DNA from: an uncultured Aestuariivirga sp.
Lineage (GTDB): Bacteria; Pseudomonadota; Alphaproteobacteria; Rhizobiales; Aestuariivirgaceae
Direction of reading: 5' to 3'
NCBI GenBank assembly: GCA_964530965.1
Contig: CAZHCO010000052.1
Location: 1-63,733 of the forward strand
Length of the DNA stretch: 63,733 nt
Shown here: piece after piece, positions 29,757 through 38,931 of the stretch
How positions within the stretch are numbered: position 1 is the stretch's first letter
Layout: each line of letters begins with the position of its first letter
Notes under the pieces: model-generated
The model's input: only the letters and a program-made list of their open reading frames with translations
The model's database searches: none
What the model was told of the DNA's origin: nothing
Translations under genes and position numbers: made by a program

Positions 29757-30721
29757 CAAAAATTTGTGTTTTCGGGGCGGGAGCCATCGGGGGCTATATC
29801 GGCGCAAGACTGGCGCATAAGGCTGAAGCTGATGTTTCTCTCGTGGCGCGCGGGCCGCATCTCGCGGCAATGGTAGCCAAGGGATTGACCCTCAGGCAGG
29901 GCGGAGAGACTTTCACTGTTCGCCCTCGCGTGACCTCTGATCCCAAAACCCTGGGGCCGCAGGATTTTGTGATCATCACCCTGAAGGCCTATGCGCTCAG
30001 CTCCGCCCTTGATCAGATTGAACCTCTTCTTGGCAAAGACACGGCTATTCTCTTTGCCCAGAATGGCATGCCCTGGTGGTATTTCTACAAGCATGGCGGC
30101 CCCCTCGATGGACGCCGTATTGAAAGTGTCGATCCCGGCGGAAAAATATGGGAGCGATTGGGGCCGGAACGCGCCCTGGGTTCTGTGGTCTGGCAGGCCG
30201 CTGAAATGGAAAGCCCCGGGGTCATTGCCCATGCCTATGGCGACCGCTTGCCGATCGCCGAACCATCAGGTGAGAAGACAGCGCGTGCCAAGTTGCTCAG
30301 CAAATTGCTGATGAGTGCCGGGATAAAAAGTCCCGTCCGCGGCAATCTGCGCGATGAAATCTGGCTGAAGCTTTGGGGCAATCTCAGTTTCAATCCAGTG
30401 AGTGTGTTGACGCAGGGAACGCTTCTGCAACTGGCCACTGACAAAGGCACGCGGAAGGTCATTCGTGACATGATGGAGGAAGCGCAATCCGTTGCCATTG
30501 CTCTGGGCGTGAAATTTTCCGTGGACATTGATGAACGCATCGGCATGGCGGAGAAAGTCGGCAATCACCGCACCTCCATGTTGCAGGATGTGGAAGCGGG
30601 CAGGGCCACCGAACTGGATGCACTTCTGGGTGCCGTAATAGAATTGGCACAGATGGTTGGAATTGCCACACCGACCCTGAATTTGGTATATGATATCACC
30701 AAATTTCGCAGCAAGACCTGA
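29753..30721 (+). CDS. panE: Ketopantoate reductase family protein (PanE2-like)
   Basis: GAGAIGG, QNG.PWWYFY, W.KL.GN..FNP.S, TSMLQD.EAGR..E; ATGA-coupled to the ligase. Confidence 0.85.
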   Translation: MTKICVFGAGAIGGYIGARLAHKAEADVSLVARGPHLAAMVAKGLTLRQGGETFTVRPRVTSDPKTLGPQDFVIITLKAYALSSALDQIEPLLGKDTAILFAQNGMPWWYFYKHGGPLDGRRIESVDPGGKIWERLGPERALGSVVWQAAEMESPGVIAHAYGDRLPIAEPSGEKTARAKLLSKLLMSAGIKSPVRGNLRDEIWLKLWGNLSFNPVSVLTQGTLLQLATDKGTRKVIRDMMEEAQSVAIALGVKFSVDIDERIGMAEKVGNHRTSMLQDVEAGRATELDALLGAVIELAQMVGIATPTLNLVYDITKFRSKT

Positions 30722-30743
30722 TAGTTTTACCGGAGAAATTTCC

Positions 30744-31721
30744 ATGCGTCTCGATAATGAAAAGCCAAGTGAAAATGTTGAAGACCGCCGCAGGCAGGGT
30801 GGCGCTGGCGGAGGCTTTGGCTTTCCGCGTGGCGGCAGCGGCAGGGGTATCAACATTCCCATGGGCGGCGGCCGGGGTGGCCTGAGCATTAAGACAATTG
30901 TCATACTGGTTATCATCTACTTCGCCATTAAGCTGATTTTTGGTATCGACCTCATCCAGGTTCTGAATGGCGGCGGCATGCAGGCGCCGGGTGGAAGCGG
31001 CACTGAAATCACCCTCCCGCGCGGTAGCACCGAGGTAACGGGCGGCGAAATGCAAGGCGGGGCGGAGACGACGTCCGCTGATGTCACGGGAGATGCGGGC
31101 AAGGATTTCGTCTCGCGCGTACTGGGTTCGACCGAGCGCGTCTGGGACGGCGTATTCCAGCAGATGGGGCAGACCTATCAGAAGCCCAACCTCGTTCTCT
31201 TCACCGGGTTTGTGCAATCGGCCTGCGGCATGGCGCAATCGGCCATGGGCCCGTTCTATTGCCCAAGGGACAGCAAGGTCTATATCGACCTGTCGTTTTA
31301 TCAGGACATGAAGAACAAGCTGGGTGCCCCCGGCGATGCGGCACAAGGCTATGTCATCGCCCATGAGGTTGGCCACCACCTGCAAAATTTATTTGGCAAG
31401 GCCGACGAGGTGCAGGCGCAGCGCACGCAGGTTTCGACGGAGGAGGGCAATGTGCTTTCGGTTCGCATGGAGCTGCAGGCCGATTGCTATGCCGGCATCT
31501 GGGCCAAGCAATCCAAAGTCTTTGAGGAGGGTGACATTGAGGAAGCCCTCAACGCCGCAACTGCAATTGGCGATGATCGCCTGCAGAAAAAGTCACAGGG
31601 CTACGTGGTGCCGGAATCCTTCACCCATGGCAGCTCGGCGCAGCGCGTGCGCTGGTTCAAGACCGGCTTCCAGGCGACCGACATCGGCCAGTGCGATACC
31701 TTTAGCACCGACCAGCTCTAA
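30744..31721 (+). CDS. Neutral zinc metallopeptidase (YpfJ family)
   Basis: SENVEDRR, Gly-rich N-terminus with TM, GPFYCP.D.KVY.D, AHEVGHH, ELQADCYAG, FTHGSS.QR..WF. Confidence 0.9.
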   Translation: MRLDNEKPSENVEDRRRQGGAGGGFGFPRGGSGRGINIPMGGGRGGLSIKTIVILVIIYFAIKLIFGIDLIQVLNGGGMQAPGGSGTEITLPRGSTEVTGGEMQGGAETTSADVTGDAGKDFVSRVLGSTERVWDGVFQQMGQTYQKPNLVLFTGFVQSACGMAQSAMGPFYCPRDSKVYIDLSFYQDMKNKLGAPGDAAQGYVIAHEVGHHLQNLFGKADEVQAQRTQVSTEEGNVLSVRMELQADCYAGIWAKQSKVFEEGDIEEALNAATAIGDDRLQKKSQGYVVPESFTHGSSAQRVRWFKTGFQATDIGQCDTFSTDQL

Positions 31722-31847
31722 ATTTACGCAAGTCCGCCAATAAAGGTTTCAGCCTTTCCCGACACTAAATTGTGACAGGAGTTGTGTTGTGGGCGGCGGC
31801 AAATGGGGGCATCGTCGCGTCTGGAATTGGACTGAGAGACGCCGCCC

Positions 31848-32498
31848 ATGACTGCGACAGAAATACCAAATGAGAAGGTCTATGTTCACGCACTGTTTGT
31901 GCGGGTGTTCCATTGGGTGAACGCCTTGGGCATGACCCTGATGATCATGAGCGGCTGGCGCATTTATAACGCCTCGCCGCTCTTTGATTTTAGGTTTCCA
32001 AGTGGCATTACTTTGGGCGGCTGGTTGGGTGGCGCGCTGCAATGGCATTTCGCCGCCATGTGGCTCCTGGTGATCAACCTCCTCGTCTATGCGATCGTGG
32101 GCTTTGCCTCCGGCCATTTCAGACGGCGTTTCACGCCTGTTTCGCCATCCTCGGTTCTGGGCGATGCGGCCAAAGCGCTGAAAGGGAAATTGCCTCATAG
32201 CACCACCACCTACAACGCCGTGCAGAAGGCCGCTTATATTGGCGTGTTGCTGGCCATCATTCTCACCATCCTGTCAGGTGCCGTGGTGTGGAAGCCCGTG
32301 CAGTGGCAGGAACTGGGCCTTCTCATGGGCGGCTATGAGGGTGCGCGCCTGGTGCATTTCTTCGGCATGACCGCCATCTGCGCATTCATTGTGCTTCACT
32401 TAACCCTTGTCTTGCTCGTGCCCAGCACACTGATACCCATGGTTTTGGGTTGGGCGCGTAAAGACAAACACGAGCAGGAGGCAAGCCATGAACACTAA
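31848..32498 (+). CDS. Cytochrome b/b6 domain membrane protein (partner of the molybdo-oxidoreductase)
   Basis: R.FHW.NA, MSGW.IYNA.P, WHFAAMW, YNAVQK.AY, AR.VHF, 4 TMs. Confidence 0.85.
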   Translation: MTATEIPNEKVYVHALFVRVFHWVNALGMTLMIMSGWRIYNASPLFDFRFPSGITLGGWLGGALQWHFAAMWLLVINLLVYAIVGFASGHFRRRFTPVSPSSVLGDAAKALKGKLPHSTTTYNAVQKAAYIGVLLAIILTILSGAVVWKPVQWQELGLLMGGYEGARLVHFFGMTAICAFIVLHLTLVLLVPSTLIPMVLGWARKDKHEQEASHEH

Positions 32499-33231
32499 AT
32501 TGCTGTTGCAACCAACCAAATCCGTGGTGAATATCGAGCGCCGCCTGTTCATGAAAAAAACCCTGAGCCTCGGCGCCCTGGCGATGCTCACGGGCTGCGA
32601 TGCCACAGACCCCTCTTTAGCGGATCGCATCCTTTCGGCCATGTCGCGCTGGAATGACGACGTGCAGCTTGCCATCTTCAGCCCAGACAAACTGGCCCAG
32701 GTTTACACCGAGGCCGACATTACGCCGGACTTTCCCTTCAACGGGTACTATCCAGAGGCGAAGGCTCCCGTTGTGGCGGAAGCAGGTTTTAAGCTTGAGC
32801 TCTCAGGCTTGATTGGCAAGAAGGAAAGCTGGACCCTTGAGCAGTTGCGCGCGTTACCGCAGGAATCGCAGATCACCCGCCATATCTGCGTTGAAGGCTG
32901 GAGCGCCATTGGCAAATGGGGCGGGGTGCGCTTCAGCGATTTTCTGCGGCTCATTGAGGCCGACACGAGCGCCAAATATGTGGGCTTCAAATGCGCCGAC
33001 AATTATCATTCCAGCATCGACATGGCCACGGCCCTCCATCCGCAGACAGTCCTGGCGCTCACCTTCCGTGACCAGGTGTTGCCGACCAAGTACGGCTTCC
33101 CGATGAAGCTGCGCGTGCCGACGAAACTGGGCTTCAAGAACCCCAAGCACATCATGGCCATGTATGTGACCAATGATTATCCCGGTGGCTTCTGGGAAGA
33201 CCAGGGCTATAACTGGTTCAGCGGATCGTGA
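32488..33231 (+). CDS. Molybdopterin-dependent oxidoreductase, sulfite oxidase/MsrP (YedY)-like, probably Tat-exported
   Basis: ERRLFMK twin-Arg motif, HICVEGWS Mo-ligand Cys, HPQT, GFPMKLR.P.KLGFK.PK, GGFWED.GY. Confidence 0.88.
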   Translation: MNTKLLLQPTKSVVNIERRLFMKKTLSLGALAMLTGCDATDPSLADRILSAMSRWNDDVQLAIFSPDKLAQVYTEADITPDFPFNGYYPEAKAPVVAEAGFKLELSGLIGKKESWTLEQLRALPQESQITRHICVEGWSAIGKWGGVRFSDFLRLIEADTSAKYVGFKCADNYHSSIDMATALHPQTVLALTFRDQVLPTKYGFPMKLRVPTKLGFKNPKHIMAMYVTNDYPGGFWEDQGYNWFSGS

Positions 33232-33351
33232 GCGATCTGCTCGCGCTCGCTCACAAAACGGTGAATGTCAGGTTCGTGTTTTGCTAGTTACTGCGCGCTT
33301 TTGCATTCTCCTCCAGAGACAATGAAGTCTCTTCTCTAGAGGAATGCTCCC

Positions 33352-33615
33352 ATGATTAAATACGCAATCGCCGCCGCCGTAGCCGGCCTTTTCACCATCA
33401 CTCCCGTCTTTGCCGATGAGATGATGAAATGCGATGATGCCAACATGATGAAGATGGAAAAGATGGTGATGGAAACTACTGATCCTGCCATGAAGAAGCA
33501 GATGGAAATGGCCAGCGGTGAAATGACCATGGCCATGGACGCAAAGAAAGCCAGCAAGATGGATGAGTGCGAAATGCACTTGAACAAGGCTGCCATGGAA
33601 CTCAAAGCCCAGTAA
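33352..33615 (+). CDS. Secreted methionine-rich small protein
   Basis: Signal peptide ending VFA; 17 Met in 87 aa; two Cys; GAGG RBS upstream. Confidence 0.8.
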   Translation: MIKYAIAAAVAGLFTITPVFADEMMKCDDANMMKMEKMVMETTDPAMKKQMEMASGEMTMAMDAKKASKMDECEMHLNKAAMELKAQ

Positions 33616-33627
33616 CAGCCTTCAAAT

Positions 33628-33660
33628 GAAAACGGGCGCCCGGTGACGGGGCGCCCGTTC
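33628..33660. terminator. Rho-independent terminator, probably bidirectional
   Basis: 11-bp stem AACGGGCGCCC/GGGCGCCCGTT between convergent genes. Confidence 0.8.
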
Positions 33661-33678
33661 GAATTTCTGGGGCTGAAC

Positions 33679-33987
33679 TCAGGTCTTGTTCATCATGCCC
33701 TTGACGACGGCAGCAATGACCATGAGGAGCGCGCCACCGATACCGCCACCGGCGATATCCTGGATGATGGCTCCGATGTCCATGCCGCCCGCCGCAGCAG
33801 CGGCATCTGCGGGCACGGCGGCACCGCCAAGCAATGCGTCAAGGATTTGGCCACCAAGGACACCACCGACAACACCGGCAATCGTGTTGCCAGTCGTGCC
33901 GAGGCTCTTGTCCGGCATTGCCTTGCCAGCGGCGTTACCGCCGATGGCGCCGACGATCAGTTGAATAATAAGCGACGTAATGTCCAT
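33679..33987 (-). CDS. Small Gly-rich membrane protein (GlsB/YeaQ-like glycine zipper)
   Basis: MDITSLIIQLIVGAIGGNAAG...GN.IAG.VGG.LGG; strong RBS GAGGGG upstream. Confidence 0.75.
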   Translation of the reverse strand: MDITSLIIQLIVGAIGGNAAGKAMPDKSLGTTGNTIAGVVGGVLGGQILDALLGGAAVPADAAAAAGGMDIGAIIQDIAGGGIGGALLMVIAAVVKGMMNKT

Positions 33988-34106
33988 TTTGGTTCCCCTC
34001 TTGTGGACGATCACTGGCTCGCTGCCAGTGCGCAAATATAGCAGAATTTGGATGACAACTCAAAGTCGGAAAACCGGGACTCAAATCCGTGGAAAGTGCG
34101 AAAATT

Positions 34107-35543
34107 TCAGTAGGCGTTTTCGCTCTTGAGCAATGCGATGGGTGTTCGCGCCAGAATGGCAATGTCAAACATCAGCGACCAGTGATCAATGTAATCAAGA
34201 TCATATTTGACGCGCTGTTCAATTTTTTCGCGCGTGTCCGTTTCCCCGCGCCATCCGTTGATTTGAGCCCAGCCCGTAATTCCGGGGCGCACCCTGTGGC
34301 GCGCGAAATAGCCATCAACAACCTGCTCATAAAGCGTATTGGCGGCCTTCGCCTGAGTGGCGTGCGGGCGCGGTCCCACAAGTGAAAGCTGGCCGGTTAA
34401 CACATTGAATAATTGTGGCAATTCATCGAGCGAAGTCTTTCGGATAATGCGGCCGACGCGGGTCACCCGCGGGTCACCCTTGGTCACAAGCATGGTGGCG
34501 TGCGCGTCGCACCTATCCGTATACATCGAACGGAATTTGAAGACCTCGATCATTTCATTGTTGAAGCCATAGCGCTTCTGTTTGAAGATAACAGGCCCCT
34601 TGCTTTCAAGCCGGATGGCAGCGGCAACAAGAAGCATGACTGGCGCCAGGGCAATGATCATCACGGCTGCCACCACGCGATCAAAAACAATTTTCAGAAA
34701 CAATCCCCAGCCCATCAGCGGTCGGTCAAATACCGAAAGCAGGGGCAGGCGGCCAATATAGGTGTAGGCATTGGAGCTGAATTTCAGGCTTGATGCCTTG
34801 CCGCTGATTCGGATGTCAACCGGCAATTCCCACAGCCGCTTCAGGATGTGCAGGAGGCGGGCCTCTGCCGCAAGCGGGATGGCCACGATGATAAGGTCAA
34901 CGCGGTGGTTGCGGGCATAGATGGCGAGGTCGGCAATTTTCCCGATCTTCAAGTGCCTGCGAATTAAGCGGGGACTGCGGACATCATCACGGTCGTCAAA
35001 CAGGCCGATGACTTCAATGTCCAGGTCACGCGATGCTTCAAGGGCGCTCAAGGCATCTTCTGCAACCTTACCGCCGCCAACAATAGCGATGCGCTTGCGG
35101 AATCTACCCTGCGCTGCCACGGGCCTCGCCCAGGCTTGTGCGAAGAAACGGCTCAGCGCCAGATGAGACGTAACAATCAGGGACCAATAAAGCGGCCATT
35201 GCGGTGTCAGCGGAATGAGGAAGTAGTCAAGTATTGAATAGGCTGCCACGCCGGTGATGAAGGCTGTTGCCGCTGATTTCATGAAAGCCCAGCCGCCATT
35301 GAGCAGGGCAGGCGCCTTGTAAAGCTCGAGGTCGCGCAGCAGGAGGACGCAAAGAAAGGCCAATGCGAGTGAGAAGAATGTGATGACCGCCGCCCCGTTC
35401 GGGATATCCGACGGGCTTGCAAAAGCAGTTGAATAAAAGCTCGCCGTTGCGAAAAAGACAAGAAAGTCCATAGCCTTCAAAAGGCGTTGGACGACTTCAT
35501 CATCGACGTATCTTGAGGCCGTCTTTGCCGCATCGGACTGCAC
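34107..35543 (-). CDS. Undecaprenyl-phosphate glucose phosphotransferase (WcaJ/HfsE-like priming transferase)
   Basis: N-terminal TMs, GLFDDR, KFRSM, DPRVTRVG, SLDELPQLFNV, VGPRP, PGITGWAQING.RG. Confidence 0.93.
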   Translation of the reverse strand: MQSDAAKTASRYVDDEVVQRLLKAMDFLVFFATASFYSTAFASPSDIPNGAAVITFFSLALAFLCVLLLRDLELYKAPALLNGGWAFMKSAATAFITGVAAYSILDYFLIPLTPQWPLYWSLIVTSHLALSRFFAQAWARPVAAQGRFRKRIAIVGGGKVAEDALSALEASRDLDIEVIGLFDDRDDVRSPRLIRRHLKIGKIADLAIYARNHRVDLIIVAIPLAAEARLLHILKRLWELPVDIRISGKASSLKFSSNAYTYIGRLPLLSVFDRPLMGWGLFLKIVFDRVVAAVMIIALAPVMLLVAAAIRLESKGPVIFKQKRYGFNNEMIEVFKFRSMYTDRCDAHATMLVTKGDPRVTRVGRIIRKTSLDELPQLFNVLTGQLSLVGPRPHATQAKAANTLYEQVVDGYFARHRVRPGITGWAQINGWRGETDTREKIEQRVKYDLDYIDHWSLMFDIAILARTPIALLKSENAY

Positions 35544-35580
35544 TTTCCAAACTCCATCCCGGGATTATGCGGTGATGCAA

Positions 35581-35596
35581 TGCAAGTTCGGAGCCA
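35581..35596 (-). promoter_or_regulatory. Candidate sigma54 (-24/-12) promoter of the priming glycosyltransferase gene
   Basis: Minus strand TGGCTCCGAACTTGCA: GG and GC separated by exactly 10 bp, about 40 bp upstream of the GTG start. Confidence 0.5.
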
Positions 35597-35656
35597 ACTG
35601 ATTAACATGTACGGTAACTTTGACGTCCGGTTCTCCCATTAACCTTGATGAATGGT

Positions 35657-36541
35657 TTATTTCAGGGGAAAGAGCGGCTCTGGAACACCATGAACGCCAG
35701 GCTTGAGCGCAAACAGGTCGCCCGATTGGGGCCAAAGGTTGAGCGCATCGGGGCTCATGCCTTCGCGCGCCGTGGTCACATAAAGCGTAGCCAGGTCCAC
35801 CCCGCCAAAGCCCACCGTGGTCACGTGGGGGGCCGGAATCTCGATGTGGCGCAGGCGAATGCCGGTATTGGAAAACTGCGTAACCCGCGCGCCGCCCCAA
35901 TGGGCCACCCATAAGCAGCCCTCGGCATCCACTGTTAGCCCATCAGGCATGCCCTCTTCATGGGTGTAGGAGATGAGGACGCGGCGGTTGCGGGGGTTAT
36001 GGTCCTTCGCTGAAATGTCATAGGCAAAGGTCTTCTTGCCCACGCTGTCGTTGAAATACATGATTTTGCCGTCGAGCGAAAAGGCAGGGCCATTGGAAAC
36101 GGCAAAGCCCACATCGCCGAGAACGCATTTACCATTTGGCAGCACACACCAGAGGGCGCCACGCGTGTCCGTTTCCTTGGCGTGGGAACTGCCGGCCCAG
36201 AGTCTCCCAAAACGATCCACCTTGCAGTCATTGTAGATAATGGCGTCACGGTCCTGTTCCGGCCTGGCAAAGATCTTGGTGGCACCAGTCTTGATGTTCA
36301 GGGTGGAGAGGCCCTGGGGATGGCTGACGATCAGGACCTTGGAATTGGTGGTGGCGACAATTGCGCCAAGCGGAGCTTTCAGGGCAATGGCGCGTACCAG
36401 CGTTTCGCCCGTTGCCGGGTCATGGATAAAGAGTTTGGGATCGTAGAGGTCAATCCACAGCAGGCGCTTTGAAGCGGCATGCCAGATCGCTGCTTCACCC
36501 AATTTGTTTGCTGCCGCATAAACATTTCGCAAAGCCGCCAT
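35657..36541 (-). CDS. SMP-30/gluconolactonase family protein
   Basis: LGEAAIW, ND.KVD..GR.WAG, SNGPAFS.DG, PDGLTVDAEG.LWVA.WGG, FGG..L.TLYVTTA. Confidence 0.92.
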   Translation of the reverse strand: MAALRNVYAAANKLGEAAIWHAASKRLLWIDLYDPKLFIHDPATGETLVRAIALKAPLGAIVATTNSKVLIVSHPQGLSTLNIKTGATKIFARPEQDRDAIIYNDCKVDRFGRLWAGSSHAKETDTRGALWCVLPNGKCVLGDVGFAVSNGPAFSLDGKIMYFNDSVGKKTFAYDISAKDHNPRNRRVLISYTHEEGMPDGLTVDAEGCLWVAHWGGARVTQFSNTGIRLRHIEIPAPHVTTVGFGGVDLATLYVTTAREGMSPDALNLWPQSGDLFALKPGVHGVPEPLFPLK

Positions 36542-36569
36542 TCGCTGCTCTCCCCGGGCATTGGATTCT

Positions 36570-36597
36570 GGACCAAGGCAATTGTTCGAATTGGTCC
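36570..36597. promoter_or_regulatory. Inverted repeat upstream of the dehydratase operon
   Basis: GGACCAA-N14-TTGGTCC just upstream of a TTGACT -35-like hexamer (36603-36608). Confidence 0.35.
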
Positions 36598-36660
36598 GTG
36601 GCTTGACTCATCCCGCGCTCGTCACGCACTCTAGTCGATTGCAGGTCTAGGGCCAAGAGT

Positions 36661-38931
36661 TTGACAGACACTCCAAATCGATGGCGGCGTTACGCGCAGT
36701 GGGACGAGCGCCCCCTGCGGCTTGACAAGTTTGCTGTTGAAGACCCAGCCCATGGGTTTTCGGCCTTCACCAGCCCCGCCGATCCGAAACCGGGCGTCAC
36801 CATAGAGTCTGGCAACATCGCCAGCATGGACGGCGTGCTGGCCCATGACTTCGACATGATCGATGAGTTCATCGCCCGTCACCACATTGATCCCGTCGTA
36901 GCGCCCGAAGCCATGGCGATGGATTCAGGACTTGTGGCACGGATGCTGGTGGACATGAATGTGCCGCGCGAAGACCTCGTGCGCTTGGCCCACGGCATGA
37001 CGCCAGCCAAACTGGCTGATGTCGTCTCCCGCCTCAATGCGCTCGAAATCGCTTTTGCCTATTCCAAGATGCGGGCACGCAAGACGCCGGGCAACCAGGC
37101 CCATGTGACCAATGCCAAGGATGATCCCCTGCAGCTTGCTGCCGACGCTGCAACTGCCGTTGCCTTTGGCTTTGACGAAATTGAAACCACCATGCGGGTG
37201 TCGCGCAATGCCTGGTCCAATGCCGTGGCCTGCGCGGTGGGTTCGGCAGTTGGCCGTTGGGGTGTGCTGTTTCAGTGTTCAAGCGAGGAAGCTGAGGAGC
37301 TTCGCATCGGCATGGCGGGCTTTACCTCCTACGCCGAAACCGTTTCCGTCTATGGCACCGAGAAAACCTTTATCGATGGCGATGACACGCCGTGGTCAAA
37401 GGCCTTCCTTGCAGCAGCCTATGCCTCGCGCGGCATCAAGATGCGCTGCACCTCCGGCGCTGGTTCCGAATTGCTTATGGGCTTTCACGAATCAAAGTCG
37501 CTGCTTTACCTCGAAGCCCGCTGCCTTTGCTTGCAAAGGGGCATGGGCGCGCAAGGCACCCAGAATGGCGGCATTGATGGTGCACCACTCACTGCAACAA
37601 TTCCCGGCGGCATTCGCGAATTGATGGCAGAAAATCTTCTGGCCGTGTGGCTCGATCTGGAATGTGCCTCCGGCAATGACGCGCGCTCAACTGAATCAGA
37701 GATTCGTGTGGGCGCAAAAATCCTTCCCTTCCTGATCTCCGGTTCCGATCTAATCTGCTCCGGTTTTGGCTCCATTCTCGCCTACGACAATTCCTTCAAT
37801 CCCTCCTTGCTAAATGGCGAAGAGATGGAAGACTTCCTCGTGCTGCAGCGCGACTTCGAAGCCGATGGCGGATTGACACCGCTGCCCGAGGAACGCGCCC
37901 TGGATTTGCGCAGTCGCGCCGTTGAAGCCATTTCCGCTGTGTTTGAGGAGTTGGGCTTGGGCAAGCCCACGGCTGACATGAAACAAAGTGTAATTGTGGC
38001 GTCCGGCTCCGATGAAACCCGAAGCTACACCCCGCGCGATGTTACCAAGATCAGCGAATCTATAAAGGAGCGCGACATCTCCGTGATCGAGGTGATCAAG
38101 GCCTTGGCCAAGCGCGGCTTTGTTGACGAAGCACAGAACTTGTTGTCCCTCGTGAAGCTTCGTGTTTCGGGCGACTACTTGCAAACCTCCGCCATGGTGC
38201 GCAAGGGAAAAGTTGTCAGCGCCGTCAACGACCCCAATACCTATCTAGGCCCCGGCACCGGTTACCGCGTTTCGGAAGAACGCCGACTCGAACTCAATTC
38301 CATCAGGGACGTGCTGGATCAGAAAGAAGTGCTGCGCCAGGAAGCCCTTCATGAAAAGGAAGAAGCCAAGCGCATTCAATATCGCATTGTGGGTCCGGCC
38401 GGGCAGGGGACCGATAAAAAAGAAGTTGTGATCGGCATCAGCCCGGCCTTTGGCCTGAACCTGTTTCAGACCACGGCGGGCCATCGCCTGTCCGATGTTC
38501 TGCGAGGCATGATCGATGCGATTGAAAAGCGCGGACTTAAGGCCCGTATCGTGCGCTTCAAGCATACGGCTGATACGTCATTCCTCGGCATCTCGGCGGC
38601 AAGGCTTTCAGGTTCCGGCATCGGCATCGGCATTCAGGCCAAGGGAACCGCCGTCATTCACAGCAGTGATCGCTTGCCCCACAACAACCTTGAACTCTTT
38701 TCCAACGCCCCCATCACCAGGCTCGAACACTATAAGGGCTTTGGTGCCAATGCAGCAGCCTATGCCCTGGGCGAAATGCCGGAACCTGTGGTGGTGCCAA
38801 CCCGCGGTGAGGCCATGGGCTCACGCTACCACGCGCGCGTTGCCCTGATCTACGCCATTGAAACGGGATTAACGGCTGAGGGTGCTGCACCCGAAGATAT
38901 CGACGTGAGATTCACAGGTGTAAAATCATGA
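36661..38931 (+). CDS. pduC: B12-dependent diol/glycerol dehydratase-like enzyme, fused large (alpha) + medium (beta) subunits
   Basis: Alpha motifs NQAHVTN.KD, FDE.ETT, YAET.SVYGTE..F.DGDDTPWSKAFLA.AYASRG.K.R, QNG, LECAS.ND, DYLQTSA; beta-like C-terminus EVVIGISPAFG, A.LSGSGIGIGIQ.KGT.VIH, NLELF..AP. TTG start. Confidence 0.9.
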   Translation: MTDTPNRWRRYAQWDERPLRLDKFAVEDPAHGFSAFTSPADPKPGVTIESGNIASMDGVLAHDFDMIDEFIARHHIDPVVAPEAMAMDSGLVARMLVDMNVPREDLVRLAHGMTPAKLADVVSRLNALEIAFAYSKMRARKTPGNQAHVTNAKDDPLQLAADAATAVAFGFDEIETTMRVSRNAWSNAVACAVGSAVGRWGVLFQCSSEEAEELRIGMAGFTSYAETVSVYGTEKTFIDGDDTPWSKAFLAAAYASRGIKMRCTSGAGSELLMGFHESKSLLYLEARCLCLQRGMGAQGTQNGGIDGAPLTATIPGGIRELMAENLLAVWLDLECASGNDARSTESEIRVGAKILPFLISGSDLICSGFGSILAYDNSFNPSLLNGEEMEDFLVLQRDFEADGGLTPLPEERALDLRSRAVEAISAVFEELGLGKPTADMKQSVIVASGSDETRSYTPRDVTKISESIKERDISVIEVIKALAKRGFVDEAQNLLSLVKLRVSGDYLQTSAMVRKGKVVSAVNDPNTYLGPGTGYRVSEERRLELNSIRDVLDQKEVLRQEALHEKEEAKRIQYRIVGPAGQGTDKKEVVIGISPAFGLNLFQTTAGHRLSDVLRGMIDAIEKRGLKARIVRFKHTADTSFLGISAARLSGSGIGIGIQAKGTAVIHSSDRLPHNNLELFSNAPITRLEHYKGFGANAAAYALGEMPEPVVVPTRGEAMGSRYHARVALIYAIETGLTAEGAAPEDIDVRFTGVKS

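Noticed and set aside
35600-35655. Full CtrA box upstream of the priming glycosyltransferase
   Set aside because: Only TTAAC half-sites; spacing does not match TTAA-N7-TTAA.
36542-36660. Cobalamin riboswitch ahead of the B12 enzyme
   Set aside because: Intergenic region is only about 120 bp and lacks the B12-box and GGGAA core.
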